Part shown: positions 1 through 11,050 of the stretch, one piece after another
Position numbering within the stretch: position 1 is the stretch's first letter
How the letters are laid out: each line of letters begins with the position of its first letter
Origin: Chiloscyllium plagiosum
Lineage: Eukaryota
DNA: 64,000 bases
NCBI RefSeq assembly: GCF_004010195.1
Contig: NC_057749.1
Coordinates: 8,063,901-8,127,900, forward strand
Direction: 5' to 3'
Translations under genes and position numbers: made by a program
The notes under the pieces: generated by a model
The model's input: the letters and a program-made list of their open reading frames with translations, nothing else
What the model was told of the DNA's origin: nothing
Databases searched by the model: none

Positions 1-783
1 GTCTCCTGAGGTCATTGTGCTTCCTCGTTGTGGCACGTCGGAACTAGCGATCTATGAGTTGAGCATCATATCCTATTCTTCTGAGGGCATCCATAAGTAT
101 CTTCAGGTGTCTGTCATGTTTCTCCTCATCTGAAAAGATCCGATGCATGTATAGGGCTTGTCTGTGGGGAATGTCTGTTTTAATATGAGAAGTGTAGTGT
201 TGTGAGTTTTGCGATAGAGTGAGGTGCTGAGGTGCCTGTCCTTGATGGAGATGCGTGTGTCCAAGAATGAGACTGATTTTAAAAAGCAGTCCATGGTAAG
301 TCTGACAGTGGGATGAAACGTATTGATATCACTGTGTAGTTGTTTCAGTGACTCTCACCATGGCTCTAGAGGAAGAAAATGTCAGGGATGTATCTGTTGT
401 ACAGTGTTGGTTGGAGGTCCTGTGCAGCAAAGAGGTTTTGTTCGAATTTGTGCAAAAAACGTTTGGCATATTCGGTTGCCAATGTGGTTATCATGGCTGT
501 TCCAAGTGTCTGGATAAAGAACTGGTTGTCAAAATTGATGGTGCTCTGGTTGAGGATGAAGCTGATTAAGTTATAGGATGTTGCCTGGAGATTGGCAGTT
601 GTTGGTATTGAGGACTGAGGCTGTTGAAGCGATGCCATCATCGTGTGGGATGCTGGTGTAGTGTCGAAACGTCCATTGTGACAAGAAATGTTCCTGGTTC
701 ACTGGTCTGTGGGTGCTGAGTTTCTGTAAGAAATCTGTAGCGTCGCGACAGGAGCCAAGGGTCCTCTGTACAATGGGGAATCC
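1..783 (-). mobile_element. Penelope-like element (PLE) reverse transcriptase fragment, frameshifted, truncated by window edge
   Basis: Minus-strand ORFs give PLE RT motifs: 'DATDFLQKLS', 'FDNQFFIQTLGTAM', 'YNRYIPDIFF' (degenerate YIDD) and 'SFLDTRISIKDRHLSTSLYRK'. Confidence 0.85.
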
Positions 784-1430
784 TAATAGGGAACTCATAT
801 TCTATGAGGAGCATCTGGCTGACCTCATTGCAATTACTACAACATTGTTCCTAATTTCTGAAGCAAGTTGACTATTCCAGGCACTTCAGTGAGTCTGAAT
901 GTTGTACTTAGCCATTTACAAGTCTGCTTGTTTTATCTAAAACTGAGATTTTGGAAAGTCACAGTCAGCTGTTCAGTAAGGAGTTGAGTCACTGAAGGAT
1001 TGGAAATTCAATGCAATGACTGCCTCTTCTAATTGCTAGCAGTTACACATATTATCTCAGTTTTTCTTTCAGGGCAGATCGGAAAGGTTAGGATTGCACA
1101 GACATCTCAAAATATGTTACGGATAATTAAATATGTTTTAAGTCATATGGTAAATGCATGTATGGCTATTTCTGAAAGTCAGTTCTAAGAAAACTTGTAT
1201 TTATGTTTCTTTCTTTATTCTTCCTTGGACTGTATGACCAGGCCAGTGTTTGTTACCCATCCCTATTTGATTGCTGTCTTGCTGAGGCCATTTCAGAAGG
1301 CTCTTTCTGTAAAGTTTCAACCACATTGCTGTGGATCTGGAGTCACGTGTAGGCCAGGCCAGTTAAAGATGGCAGATTTCCTTCCTTAAAATTAGTCAAA
1401 TTTATTTTTTGTGACATGATTTTGTGACAA

Positions 1431-1521
1431 TCACCTGATGAAGGAGCGTCGCTCTGAAAGCTAGTGTGCTTCCAATTAAACCTGTTGGACTATAACCTGG
1501 TGTTGTGTGATTTTTAATTTT
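1431..1521 (+). mobile_element. PLE 3' terminus (family B) with hammerhead motif
   Basis: 'cacctgatgaaggagcgtcgctctgaaagctagtg...aaacctgttggactataacctggtgttgtgtgattttt', flanked on both sides by ttttgtgaca (TSD-like). Confidence 0.8.
1432..1466 (+). ncRNA. Minimal type-I hammerhead ribozyme motif
   Basis: CAC-CUGAUGA-A-GGAGC/gtc/GCUCU-GAAA-GCUA-GUG. Stem I is CAC:GUG, stem II is 5 bp, stem III is the palindromic AGCU, and the cleavage triplet is CUA. Confidence 0.75.
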
Positions 1522-1564
1522 TTGTGACAGTTGATGATAATTGAGACTACGTTTACAGATGCTT

Positions 1565-1790
1565 TCTAATCAACCTATTCTGCGATGTTATGACACACTT
1601 CTGAAGCAGGTAGGACTTGAACCCAACCCTCCTGGCTCAGAGGCAGGGCCATTATCACTGTTGCTCAAGAGCCCCTTCAGACCAACCTTATAGTTATTGC
1701 AGTCAACCTGTTATTATACACTTCAACGGTAAGTGGGACTTGAATCCAGATCTTCTGGCCTAGAAGTAGGGACATTACAACTCCATCACG
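1565..1790 (-). mobile_element. Two short (~110 bp) tRNA-like SINE units
   Basis: The minus strand has a B-box-like 'gggttcaagtcc'/'ggattcaagtcc' in each unit. Related copies lie at 20835-20915, 23890-23960 and 48185-48285. Confidence 0.55.
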
Positions 1791-1792
1791 GT

Positions 1793-2103
1793 GGGCGGCA
1801 CGGTGGCACAGTAGTCAGCACTGCTGCCTCACAGCGCCAGAGACCCGGGTTCAATTCCCGCCTCAGGCGACTGACTGTGTGGAGTTTGCACGTTCTCCCC
1901 GTGTCTGTATGGGTTTCCTCCGGGTGCTCCGGTTTCCTCCCACAGTCCAAAGATGTGCAGGTCAGGTGAATTGGCCCTGCTAAATTGCCTGTAGTGTTAG
2001 GTAAGGGGTACATGGAGGGGTATGGGTGGGTTGCGCTTCGGCGAGGCAGTGTGGACTTGTTGGGCCGAAGGGCCTGTTTCCACACTAAGTAATCTAATCT
2101 AAT
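1793..2103 (+). mobile_element. HE1 SINE (V-SINE), full length, young
   Basis: tRNA head 'ggcacggtggcacagtagtcagc...gggttcaattccc', V-domain 'gtgtggagtttgcacgttctcccc...ggtttcctcccacagtccaaag', LINE-like tail and (aatct)n end. Confidence 0.95.
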
Positions 2104-2574
2104 CACATGAGCCCAAGACTAGCTTTGTATGCTTGATTTATTAATTGAGTTCAAATTGTACTAGTTACCGTGGTGAGATTCAACGCTTGGTCTCAATATT
2201 CTTCTGATGCACAGAGCTCCTCAATCTGTGTCGGCAGAGGTGCAAATAAATGGAATCCAATGCATCAACATGCAATCGACACGCATGGAACTTCCCTGCA
2301 TCAGTGCAGCAGTTCAGCTTAGAGAGAACATTGGTGGTAAAATCTGACCCTCCATCCCCAGAGCATTAGTCAAGGCTTCTAGTTTGCTAATCCAATGACA
2401 TTCAGGGGAAACAAAAACAGTAAAACAAGCGAATGAAACTCATTCGTCCAACTCATGTTGCAAACCGCAAAATGGAGGATAAGAACAATGAGTATGTTCA
2501 TTTCCAAGTGTAGTTGTTTCCCACCAGTTTCTCTCTCTGGACTAACTATGCCAGGTGTTTCAAACCAGAAGACA

Positions 2575-3045
2575 TAGCAGCAGAAGCAGGCCATTCAGCT
2601 GTTTGAGACTCTACCACCATTCCACACTGATCTGATAATCCTCACCCCCACTTTCCTGCCTTTTCCCCATAACTCTTGATTTCATTTACTGATTAAAACA
2701 CTATCACAGCCTTCAATGTTCTGAATGACCCTGTGGTTAGAAGTTCCACTGAATCATTACCCTTAGAGAGAAGAACTTCCTTCTCATCCCTGTCATAAGG
2801 GTGTGACCACTCGTTCTGAGATTGAGCTCTCTCCCACTTTCTGCATCTATCCTGTGAAGTCCTCTGAGAATCTTGTATGTTTCCATAAGACTGCCTCTCA
2901 TTCTTCTAAACACCAATGAGTATAGGCTCAATCCTCTCAACCTCTGCTCATAAGACAGTCCATGCCTGGGGTCAGCCTAGTGAAACTTTTCTGGACTGCC
3001 TCCAATGCCAGCATGTCTTTTATTAGATGAGGACTCCCAAGCTGT
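2575..3045 (-). mobile_element. CR1-clade LINE 3' fragment
   Basis: Minus ORF 'LSLYSLVFRRMRGSLMETYKILRGLHRIDAE...RRKFFSLRV' is the CR1 ORF2 C-terminus. Confidence 0.85.
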
Positions 3046-3361
3046 TAAGTATTTGTGCCGTAAAGTGGTGTACAGCCAGTCAAGTACCGTTGTAGCACAG
3101 CCACTGATGTAATGGAGTAAAAGCAAGATACCAAGTTACCTGATAGTCTGTTTTCAGCATTAGTTAAGGGATGAATGTTGACTAGGCGGACTCTGTTGGA
3201 GAGAATCTTTTTGGTCTTTTAACAACATAGTCGCATGGGATCTTCTGTGTCTCCAACAATGCAGCACTCTCTCAGCACAACACTACAGCTTCAACCTAGA
3301 TCAGGAAGTCCCTGAGCTCAGAACCCACTGACCCAGAGTCAAAAACATTGTCCTCTGCATC

Positions 3362-3625
3362 TTGGCATGATGGCTTACAGCGCCAGGAGCCCTGGGTTCG
3401 ATTCCACTGTGTGGAGTTTGCACATTCTCCCCGTGTCTGCGTGGATTTCCTCCGGGTGCTCTGGTTTCCTCCCACAGTCCGACGGATGTGTATGTTAGAT
3501 GGATTGGCCATGCTAAATTGCCCCATAGTGTTCAGGGATGTGCAGGCTAGATGGTTAACCATGGGAAATGCGGAGTTATGGGGATAGGGTGGGGGGGGGG
3601 GGTGGATCGGGGTGGATCTTTCAGA
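3362..3625 (+). mobile_element. HE1 SINE, diverged
   Basis: V-domain 'gtgtggagtttgcacattctccccgtgtctgcgtgg'. Confidence 0.9.
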
Positions 3626-4144
3626 AAAGATTTTATTTTCTTGGACAGCTGACAGTTTACTGAGCATCAATTCTGTTTGCTATGCAAAATATTTACATAT
3701 TAATTTCCGCAGCAGGGGAGAGAGGGGCAGGAAGAACAAAACAAACTGTTGATAACTCCTTGCCACCCACTTGTGGAAAATTGCACCCTGCGACTAGCCG
3801 TAAACTAGTTATTAGTCACAGGATGATTGGAGGATACCATGCTGTGCGAAGGAAGAGTACTGTAATTTGGTCTCTAGAGGAGCTTGTTGGTACTTAAGAA
3901 GGGAACGTATCACAAACAGAAGCAGAGTAAAGTCAAAGGGAAACTCAATCATCTCACATTAAATTGCAAATTACAGTGCTGAAGCAGGCCATTCAGCCCA
4001 CACAAGCCTCTAACTACCCCTCTAAAGGAGATCTTCCATGAGGTTGCTTTCAATTCGAAGAATTACTTCTTGCAGGGAGGATGTGATGTACTGGTACTGT
4101 CACTGCACTGAGTAATCCAGAACCCCAGAATAATATTCTGGCAA

Positions 4145-4940
4145 TATACAAGCGAAGAACAAATGTAGACCATTCAGCCCTTCAAGCCTGATCCAATAAG
4201 ATCATGGCTGATCCAATGTTAACCTCACCTCTACAATCCTGCATATCCCCTGATAACTTTTCACCCCTCTGGATAATCTAGAATCTATCTACCTCTGCCT
4301 TAAAATATTTAGAGTCTACATCCACCTCCTTTTGAGGGAGATTTAAAGACTTACAAACTTCTGAGGGAAATAAAATTCCTTGACTCCATCTTAAATGGGC
4401 ATCCCTTTATTTTTAACCCAATGTGCCTAAGTCTCGACTCTCTTACAAGAAGAAATCTCCATTCCATTTCCACATGGTGAAGTCATCTCTGACTGTTTTA
4501 AATTCCAGAGGATTCAGGCTCTCATTCCAGGGATTAAATTATTGAACCTTCTCTGCATGGATTCCAAAAACATTAACATTTTTTCACAAGTTCAGGGACC
4601 AGTGCTGTCCACAGTATTTCAGATGCAGTCTCACCAATGCCTTGTATTTCTGAAGTCGGAAGTCACACGACACCAGGTTATAGTCCAACAGGTCTATTTA
4701 AAATCACAAATTTGAAGGCTTCACCTGACGAAGGAGCAGCGACCCGAATGCTTCATATAAACCTGTTCGACTATAACCTGACTTTGTCCACCGTAGTCCA
4801 ATGCCAGCACCCCACATCCTGAATAACTAAAACTTAACCTCCCTACTCCTGCACTTAATTCTCCTCACAATAAAATGTTCTATTCTATTTCCCCGATTAC
4901 TTGCTGTATATGAATACTAATTTTCTATGATTCATACACA
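4145..4940 (-). mobile_element. CR1 LINE 3' fragment interrupted by a PLE mini-element and itself nested in a family-2 SINE (4078-5215)
   Basis: CR1 3'-UTR 'ccattcagcccttcaagcctg...gatcatggctgat'. The SINE head at 4078-4145 resumes at 4941 ('tgggttcaaatcccacc'). Confidence 0.7.
4655..4820. mobile_element. Palindromic PLE family-B mini-element with decayed hammerhead
   Basis: Inverted arms 'caggttatagtccaacagg' / 'cctgttcgactataacctg'; core 'cacctgacgaaggagcagcgacccgaatg'. Confidence 0.7.
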
Positions 4941-5399
4941 TGGGTTCAAATCCCACCATAAGTGTGCTGAAATTTAAAATTAAAAATCTGAAATAATAAG
5001 TCTCAACTAATAGAGACAATGTAAGCACTGTTGATTGTTGTTGAAAGGAAAATCTGGGTCAATAATGTCCTTTCAGAAAGGAAGTGTGCCATTTTTAGCT
5101 GGTCTGCCCTACATATGACTTCAGACCCACAGCAATGTGGTCATTCATAACTGTCTAATCATGGATGGGCAATAAGTGGTGGCCTAGTCCCACATTCTCT
5201 GAATGAATAGGAATAAATTGAATTCAATCAAATGTGGAATTAAGAAAAGGCTGATTTAATGGCTTAGTTTGTTGCAAAAACTCATCTTTCCTATTCCAGA
5301 AGGAAATCTGCTATTTCTACATTGTCTGGGCAACATGTGACTCCAGATCCACTGAAATGGGGTTGGCTCTTAACTCTTCCCTGATAATTAGGCTTTATG

Positions 5400-5522
5400 A
5401 AGAAGGGCTTATGCCCGAAACGTCGATTCTCCTCCTTCCCGGTTGCTGCCTGGCTTGCTGTGTTTTCCCAGCACCACATTTTTCAACTCTGGTCTCCAGC
5501 ATCTGCAGTCCTCACTTTCTCC
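5400..5522 (+). mobile_element. PLE 3' terminus (family A) with 15-bp TSD, starting inside the hammerhead core
   Basis: TSD taattaggctttatg at 5385-5399 and 5523-5537; '(tg)aagaagggcttatgcccgaaacgtcga'. Confidence 0.85.
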
Positions 5523-5789
5523 TAATTAGGCTTTATGGCCCTAATAGTGATGTCCCCGTCCATGTTAATTTTTTTTTAAATTATGGTAGTTGTCCTTACC
5601 CTTTGTGAAGAACAATTTAAATTCTCAGTTGGCCTGTCCCGCTGAGGCTGTAAATTCTACCTGTAATGTGAATGCAGGGGCAGGAGTTGGTAGTCACATG
5701 GAGTTCAGTTGTTATTAGTGAGAGGATTTCACTGATTTACAGAGCTGAAAACGTTTTCATTAGCTGTAGATAATCTGCATGGGTTTCTG

Positions 5790-5970
5790 TTTAGCTCCAT
5801 TGGTTGGATAGCTGGTTTGTGATGCAGACTGACACCAACAGCATGGGTCCCATTCCCACACTGGCTGAGGTTACCATGAAGAATTCTCCTACACAACCTC
5901 GCCTGAATTGTGGTGGCCCTCAGGTTAAACCACTATCAGTCCTCTTTCTCCAATGAGAGAGCAGGCCAGT
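5790..5970 (+). mobile_element. tRNA-headed SINE (family 3)
   Basis: 'ttagctccattggttggatagctggtttgtgatgcag...ctgaggttaccatgaag...ctcaggttaaaccac'. Homologues at 27230-27430, 39480-39620, 40670-40880 and 62545-62700. Confidence 0.65.
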
Positions 5971-6119
5971 AAGCATACGGTAGCTCTATCATTTAATCTC
6001 TAATGATTGCCAATACAAAATGGCTGCTTTACATTCTCTCATTTTTCAAATACATTGCAACTGGCATTCTGATTCTAAAACTCTGTCGGACTAAACTACT
6101 AACGCTCAGAAGAAACAGT

Positions 6120-6470
6120 GTGTACCATTTACAAGATGTAAATTCACCAAAGATCCTTAGACATCACCTTCCAATCTCATGACCACTTCCATTCTGGAAG
6201 GACAAGGGCAGTATACACATGGGAACACCACCACCTGCAAGTTCCCCTCCAAGCCACTCCTGACTTCGAAATATGTCGCCATTCCTTCACTGTTACTGGA
6301 TCAAAATCCTGGAATTCCCTCCCTAGTGGCATTTGGGTCAACCCGCAGCACGTGGACTGCAGTGGTTCAAGAAGGCAGCTCACCACCACCTTCTCAAGGG
6401 GCAATTAGGGATGGTCAATAAATGGTCACCCAGCCAGCTACGTCCATGTCCCACGAGTGAATAAAAAAGA
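6120..6470 (+). mobile_element. Non-LTR retrotransposon 3' end (CR1/L2-group-like), putative partner of SINE family 2
   Basis: Encodes 'SKSWNSLPS' and, after a frameshift, 'GLQWFKKAAHHHLL', then 'gggcaattagggatggtcaataaatg...gaataaaaaa'. Other copies at 8510-8645 (+) and 42070-42560 (-). Confidence 0.75.
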
Positions 6471-7094
6471 AATCTCACTGAGTTCACAATAGGGTCTGTA
6501 TACCAGAACTGGATTTTGTGGCCTCTAAATGAAAGACAATTTTGTGCACAGGTCCTCCAGAGCAGCAACATTATGTGTGGCCTTTTGTGACACGACAATG
6601 TCACAGAGGATGCGGTAGCGCAAAAGTATTAGCACAAAAATCCTGGAACCTCCAGGAGATTTGAATGCTTGTACCAAACATCACCAATCTTGGACTACAC
6701 AACACTTCCACATCTGAGCTGGTGTCAGTCATGAATCCTGTACATTGAAAGCACAGTCACACTTAAGTGAAAGAGAAAGGTGAGCGTTGAAGGTTAGCCC
6801 AACAGCATGGTTGAACAATGCTGCAAATTAATTTACAATGCCATTATTTTCGACACTAAACAAGCTCAGAATTTCAAGGAGACATTCCATCTCAAAAGGG
6901 TTAATCTGTACCATCCATTGTGCGGGCATTCTGCCTGGAACATGGAAAAGTTTCAAGAGCTGTTACCGACTGTGATCGCATCTGACTGAGGAAAAACAAA
7001 GTTGCAGGTGTTCTGAGGCTGTTAAGTACTATGTGAACAATTCAAATTTAATTGTGTTCTGCCTGAGGTGATTGTCTATGTGCATATTTTTTTA

Positions 7095-7405
7095 AATTCA
7101 CTAGATCACAATGTTTGCTGGCTAGCCCACCATTTATTGACTATCCCAGAGGGCAGTTAAGAGTCAACCACATTGCTGTGGGTCTGGAGTCACATGTAGG
7201 CCAGACCAGGAAAGGATGGCAGGTTCCTTCCCCAAAGGAGTGAACCAGATGGGTTTTTACCCTGATAATTGATTCATGGTCATCATTAGACTCTTAATTC
7301 CAGATTTTTATTGAATTCCAATCCCATCATCTGCAGTGGCAGGATTCAAACCCAGTTCTCCAGAATATTTCCTGGGTGTCTGGATTAGCAGTTCTTCAAT
7401 AAGAA
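7095..7405 (-). mobile_element. SINE family 2, near full length
   Basis: Reverse-complement match to 23437-23782. Confidence 0.8.
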
Positions 7406-7417
7406 GAACATAGCTTT

Positions 7418-7497
7418 GTGTGTGGATATGCTTGTGTAGGGGTGTGTGCTTGTGTGTACATGTGTCTTTGTATTTGTTTGTGTGTGTGTGTGTGCAT
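7418..7497. repeat. Imperfect (GT)n microsatellite
   Basis: gtgtgtgg...gtgtgtgtgtgtgtgc. Confidence 0.8.
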
Positions 7498-8808
7498 ACT
7501 GTGCAAGAACTAAAAATATTATAACACCATGAAATAGCTGACTTTGTCAACAGACCTGCTCCAATTTCATGGCTGACCTGCAAGTACCAAAATTCACTTT
7601 GTGCCTTTACTTCTGCCGCAGTTACATGGTATTTTACAGTAGCAGCATGCCATTCAGCCCAGCTGGTCCATGCAGGTGTCTGAACTCCATATGACCCTTG
7701 CCTCCTACCCTCTCAAGTTATCCTTCATTCCTTTCTCTTACAAGAGTCCCAGGGCATTTGATTTTGGATCCTGGAGGTTAGGGAAGAGTTGGTTTCAGCC
7801 AGCTGTCTCATTCCAAGTAAGAACAACTTGAGACAAATGCCAATTAATGGCAACATGAATATAAACTTTCTAGATGGCCCTGAGGTACACATTTATGCCA
7901 TCTTGCAAGACAACAGCTTGAGCCCCGCTGTGCTAGCACATTCTAGATAGTTCAACCATGAGTCATCAATCTGTGGTGTTGCTGCTTGTGTCATCAAATG
8001 CTGTCAATGGCTCAGGAGCCTGGAATATACATGCTCACTCTGTTTCTATGGCAACTCTAGCACCCAGCCATTTAATGTTGGATTTAATGCTTAGGAGACT
8101 TTAAACTCTAAATCTTCTTCAGCACATAACTGACTTTACTAAAAGGATTGTTATAATAAACTTGAACTAAGCTTTTAAATCACTATTTCAGTGTTTAATT
8201 CTGATTGTATTTGTATTGGATCTGGATATCTGCTGGTTTAATAATGTTAAGATTTTCATGATTGATGTATTTTGACAAACACGAGCTGGATCAAGGGACT
8301 TTAAATTGAAATGCTGCCTTTTCTTCAAACAAAAAAATTTGCTCAAATTTTTAATTACGCCTTTGTATTTGTCAGAGCCGCAAGTGAAGAAAAGGAATGA
8401 CCTTAATTACAACAAAGATAGTTTTCCTGAATCTTACTTACATTTGGTGCAGACGCTCAGAAAGCCATCTGCTCCAAATGTAAAACAAAAGGATAAAACA
8501 CAGAGAATGATAGGTGTGGGTCTACCTACAACACATCGAGTGCAATGGTTCAGGAAGGCACTTTCTCCAGGGCAACTAGGGATGGGCAATAAATGCCATC
8601 CCAGCCAGTGATGCCCATGACCCATGAGTGATTTTAAGAAAAAAAACTTGTTAGGAAAACACAAAGAATCAAAGACACAAAGGAGTAGAGTTAGAAATGT
8701 GACTGCCAACACAAGCCATGGGTGAGACCAGAAGTTCTATGTTTGTAAATGTGGAGAAAGCAGGTTCTTCTTTAATTTTGGAGAGAGAATTGGATGGTCG
8801 GAAACTAT

Positions 8809-10077
8809 GGGTGGAATCTCGTAGGGATCTCAGTGAAGGGGGAGAAAGCGAGGCATTTGGCAGAATCAGGCATCAAATGCGGGTAGGTCCCTCTTGACAT
8901 CAAGATCATCTCAATCCATCTTGGGCCGCACACTGGCTCAGTACTTAGCACTGCTGCCTCACAGCACTAGGGACCTGAGTTTGATTCTAGCCTCAGATGA
9001 CTGTCTGTGTGGAGTTTGTATGTTCTTCCTGTGTCTTGTGGGTATGCTCTGGTTTCATCCCACAGTCCAAAGGTATGCAAGAGAGGTGAATTGGATGTAT
9101 TAAAAATATGCAGGCGGGTTGGCTTAGCCATGGTTTGAAAAAATGCAGGGGTTACAAGGATTGGTTGGCGCTCCGGGCGAGATGTTCTTCAGAGGGTTAA
9201 TGCAGATGTGCTGGGCCAAATGGTCTCTTTCTGTATCGTAGGGATTCTGTCTTTTACACATTTCACAAGCAGTACTATGAGATTCTCACCGAGCAGCGGC
9301 CAGATGCTAATTGACAATCATTATTGATTCTTAAACACGTTGTTAACAGCCCAACTTTGAGTCATTAATATTCATTTCCATTTATTTTTCATAATAACAT
9401 TTTACCAAACTTTCCAAAGAAGTGAGTCATTGTGAAAACTCACAAGGGAAAGCAGGTCATGTCCTTGGGAGGGGCCTAGGGTGTAGAGAGTCAGCTTACT
9501 GCTTGCTCCGATCGACCAATTGCCAATCTATGGACCAGGGTACAATCCTTGGGCAACCCAGGTTCAAGCACACCACCTCTTTGGGCATCATCAGAATCCT
9601 GACAAAGCTACTATTTGCTGACCTTGTGCTCTGGAAACACAGACTTGCATTGATGGGTGCATCAGCGACTGGCGGAGATTTTGCAGCCCTGTGCAGGAAG
9701 GGGATTCCCTTCCTTTACCCCATACCCCTTCCACCAGGACCACCAAGTCTCCATCAGAAAATCTCGGTGCCATCTTCCTCTCTTCCGCCATGTGGTAGCT
9801 CCATCAATGACTGAGAAAGGCAGATGCCAGTTGTTATACAGATGTGCATGCCCAAGAGTTGCCAGTCCTTGGGTGGATACCCACCAAGCAGTGAGTCGTT
9901 GTAGGAACGGGTTAGAAGGGGTGGAAATTGGATAGTTGAGGTGGCATAGTAAGCAATTAATGAGGTGGGCTTGGTGAAGTAGGGTGAGAGAACTCGCCAG
10001 TCATCATGGCACAAAACCTCTCAAAAAATTTGGACGCAACTTTGACTTAGTCAGCAAGAAAATGTAAGATTTGGCCC
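8809..10077 (-). mobile_element. PIF/Harbinger-type non-autonomous DNA transposon with Myb/SANT-like ORF remnant
   Basis: Imperfect inverted termini ctatGGGTGGAATCT (8809) and AGATTTGGCCCatag (10077). Minus ORF 9591-9791 begins 'MAEERKMAPRFSDGDLVVLVEGV', resembling Harbinger Myb/SANT (NAIF1/MSANTD-like) N-termini. Confidence 0.6.
8922..9250 (+). mobile_element. HE1 SINE nested in the Harbinger-like element
   Basis: HE1 head, V-domain and tail. Confidence 0.9.
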
Positions 10078-10124
10078 ATAGCAAATAGGAATTGGTGTAG
10101 GACTTTTGGCCCATCGCATTTGTT

Positions 10125-10450
10125 TTGTTTTCATTCACAGGATGTGGGCATCACAGGGCCAGCATTTATTGCCCAGAGGTCAATTGAGAGTCAGCCACAT
10201 TACGGTGGGTCTGGGGTCACATGTAGGCCAGGCCAGGTAAGGATGTCAGATTTCCTTCCCTAAAGGACATCACTCAACCCATTTTTCTGACAATTGACAA
10301 TTGGTTCATGATCATCATTCGAGTGTAAATTCAAAATTTTTATTGAATTCAGATTCCACCATCTTCCGTGGCTGGATTCAAACCCGTGTTCCCAGAATAT
10401 TACCTGAGTTTCTGGATTAACAATGATAATACCACTGGGCTATCACCTCA
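10125..10450 (-). mobile_element. SINE family 2
   Basis: 'ggggtcacatgtaggccaggccaggtaaggatg...ggattcaaacccg'. Confidence 0.8.
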
Positions 10451-10454
10451 ATCT

Positions 10455-10710
10455 TCTGCTATTCAGTATGATAATGATTGATTCTCTGAGGCAATTCAAC
10501 AACCCCCTTGATGCCTTTACGCACTGGATAACCATCTATTTCTTTCTTAAATGTAGTCAATGTCTTGACCTCTGACCTCTTCCTTTGCAGAAGCTTCCTC
10601 AGGTTCACACACCTCTGAGTGAAGAAATTTCTCCTCATCTCAGTCTGAAATGGTTTACCCTGTATCCCTGTGACTGTGACCACTTTTTCTTTCCTCCCCA
10701 GCCCGGTCAT
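10455..10710 (-). mobile_element. CR1 LINE 3' fragment
   Basis: Minus ORF 'GKPFQTEMRRNFFTQRCVNL...FKKEID'. Confidence 0.8.
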
Positions 10711-10714
10711 TAAA

Positions 10715-11050
10715 ATCATTGAATCCTTACAGTGTGAAAGCAGGCCATTCAGCCCATTGAGTCCACACCAATCCTCCAAATGAGACTCACCCCATTTCCT
10801 TATAAACCTGCATTTCCCCTGGTTAATGCACCTAGCCTACACACCCCTGGATGCTATGGAACAAGTTGGCATGACCAATCCACTTAATCTGCACATCTTT
10901 GGACAGTGGGAGGAAACCCTGGAGCACCTGGGGGAAACCCACACAGCCACAGGGTGTACATGCAAACTCTACACAGACAGTTACCCGAAGATGAAATCAA
11001 ACCCAGGACCCTGGTGTTGTGACACAGCAGTGCTAACCACTGAGCCAGCG
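10715..11050 (-). mobile_element. HE1 SINE
   Basis: Reverse complement of the HE1 consensus seen at 1793-2103. Confidence 0.9.

Larger units (their letters stand above)
1210..2200 (-). mobile_element. tRNA-headed SINE (family 2), split by nested insertions
   Basis: 'ccacattgctgtggatctggagtcacgtgtaggccagg' matches copies at 7095-7405 and 10125-10450; the element resumes near 1525 and 2115. Confidence 0.65.

Noticed and set aside
1793..1870. tRNA gene
   Set aside because: The A/B boxes belong to the tRNA-derived HE1 head and continue into SINE body; the same applies to the other copies.
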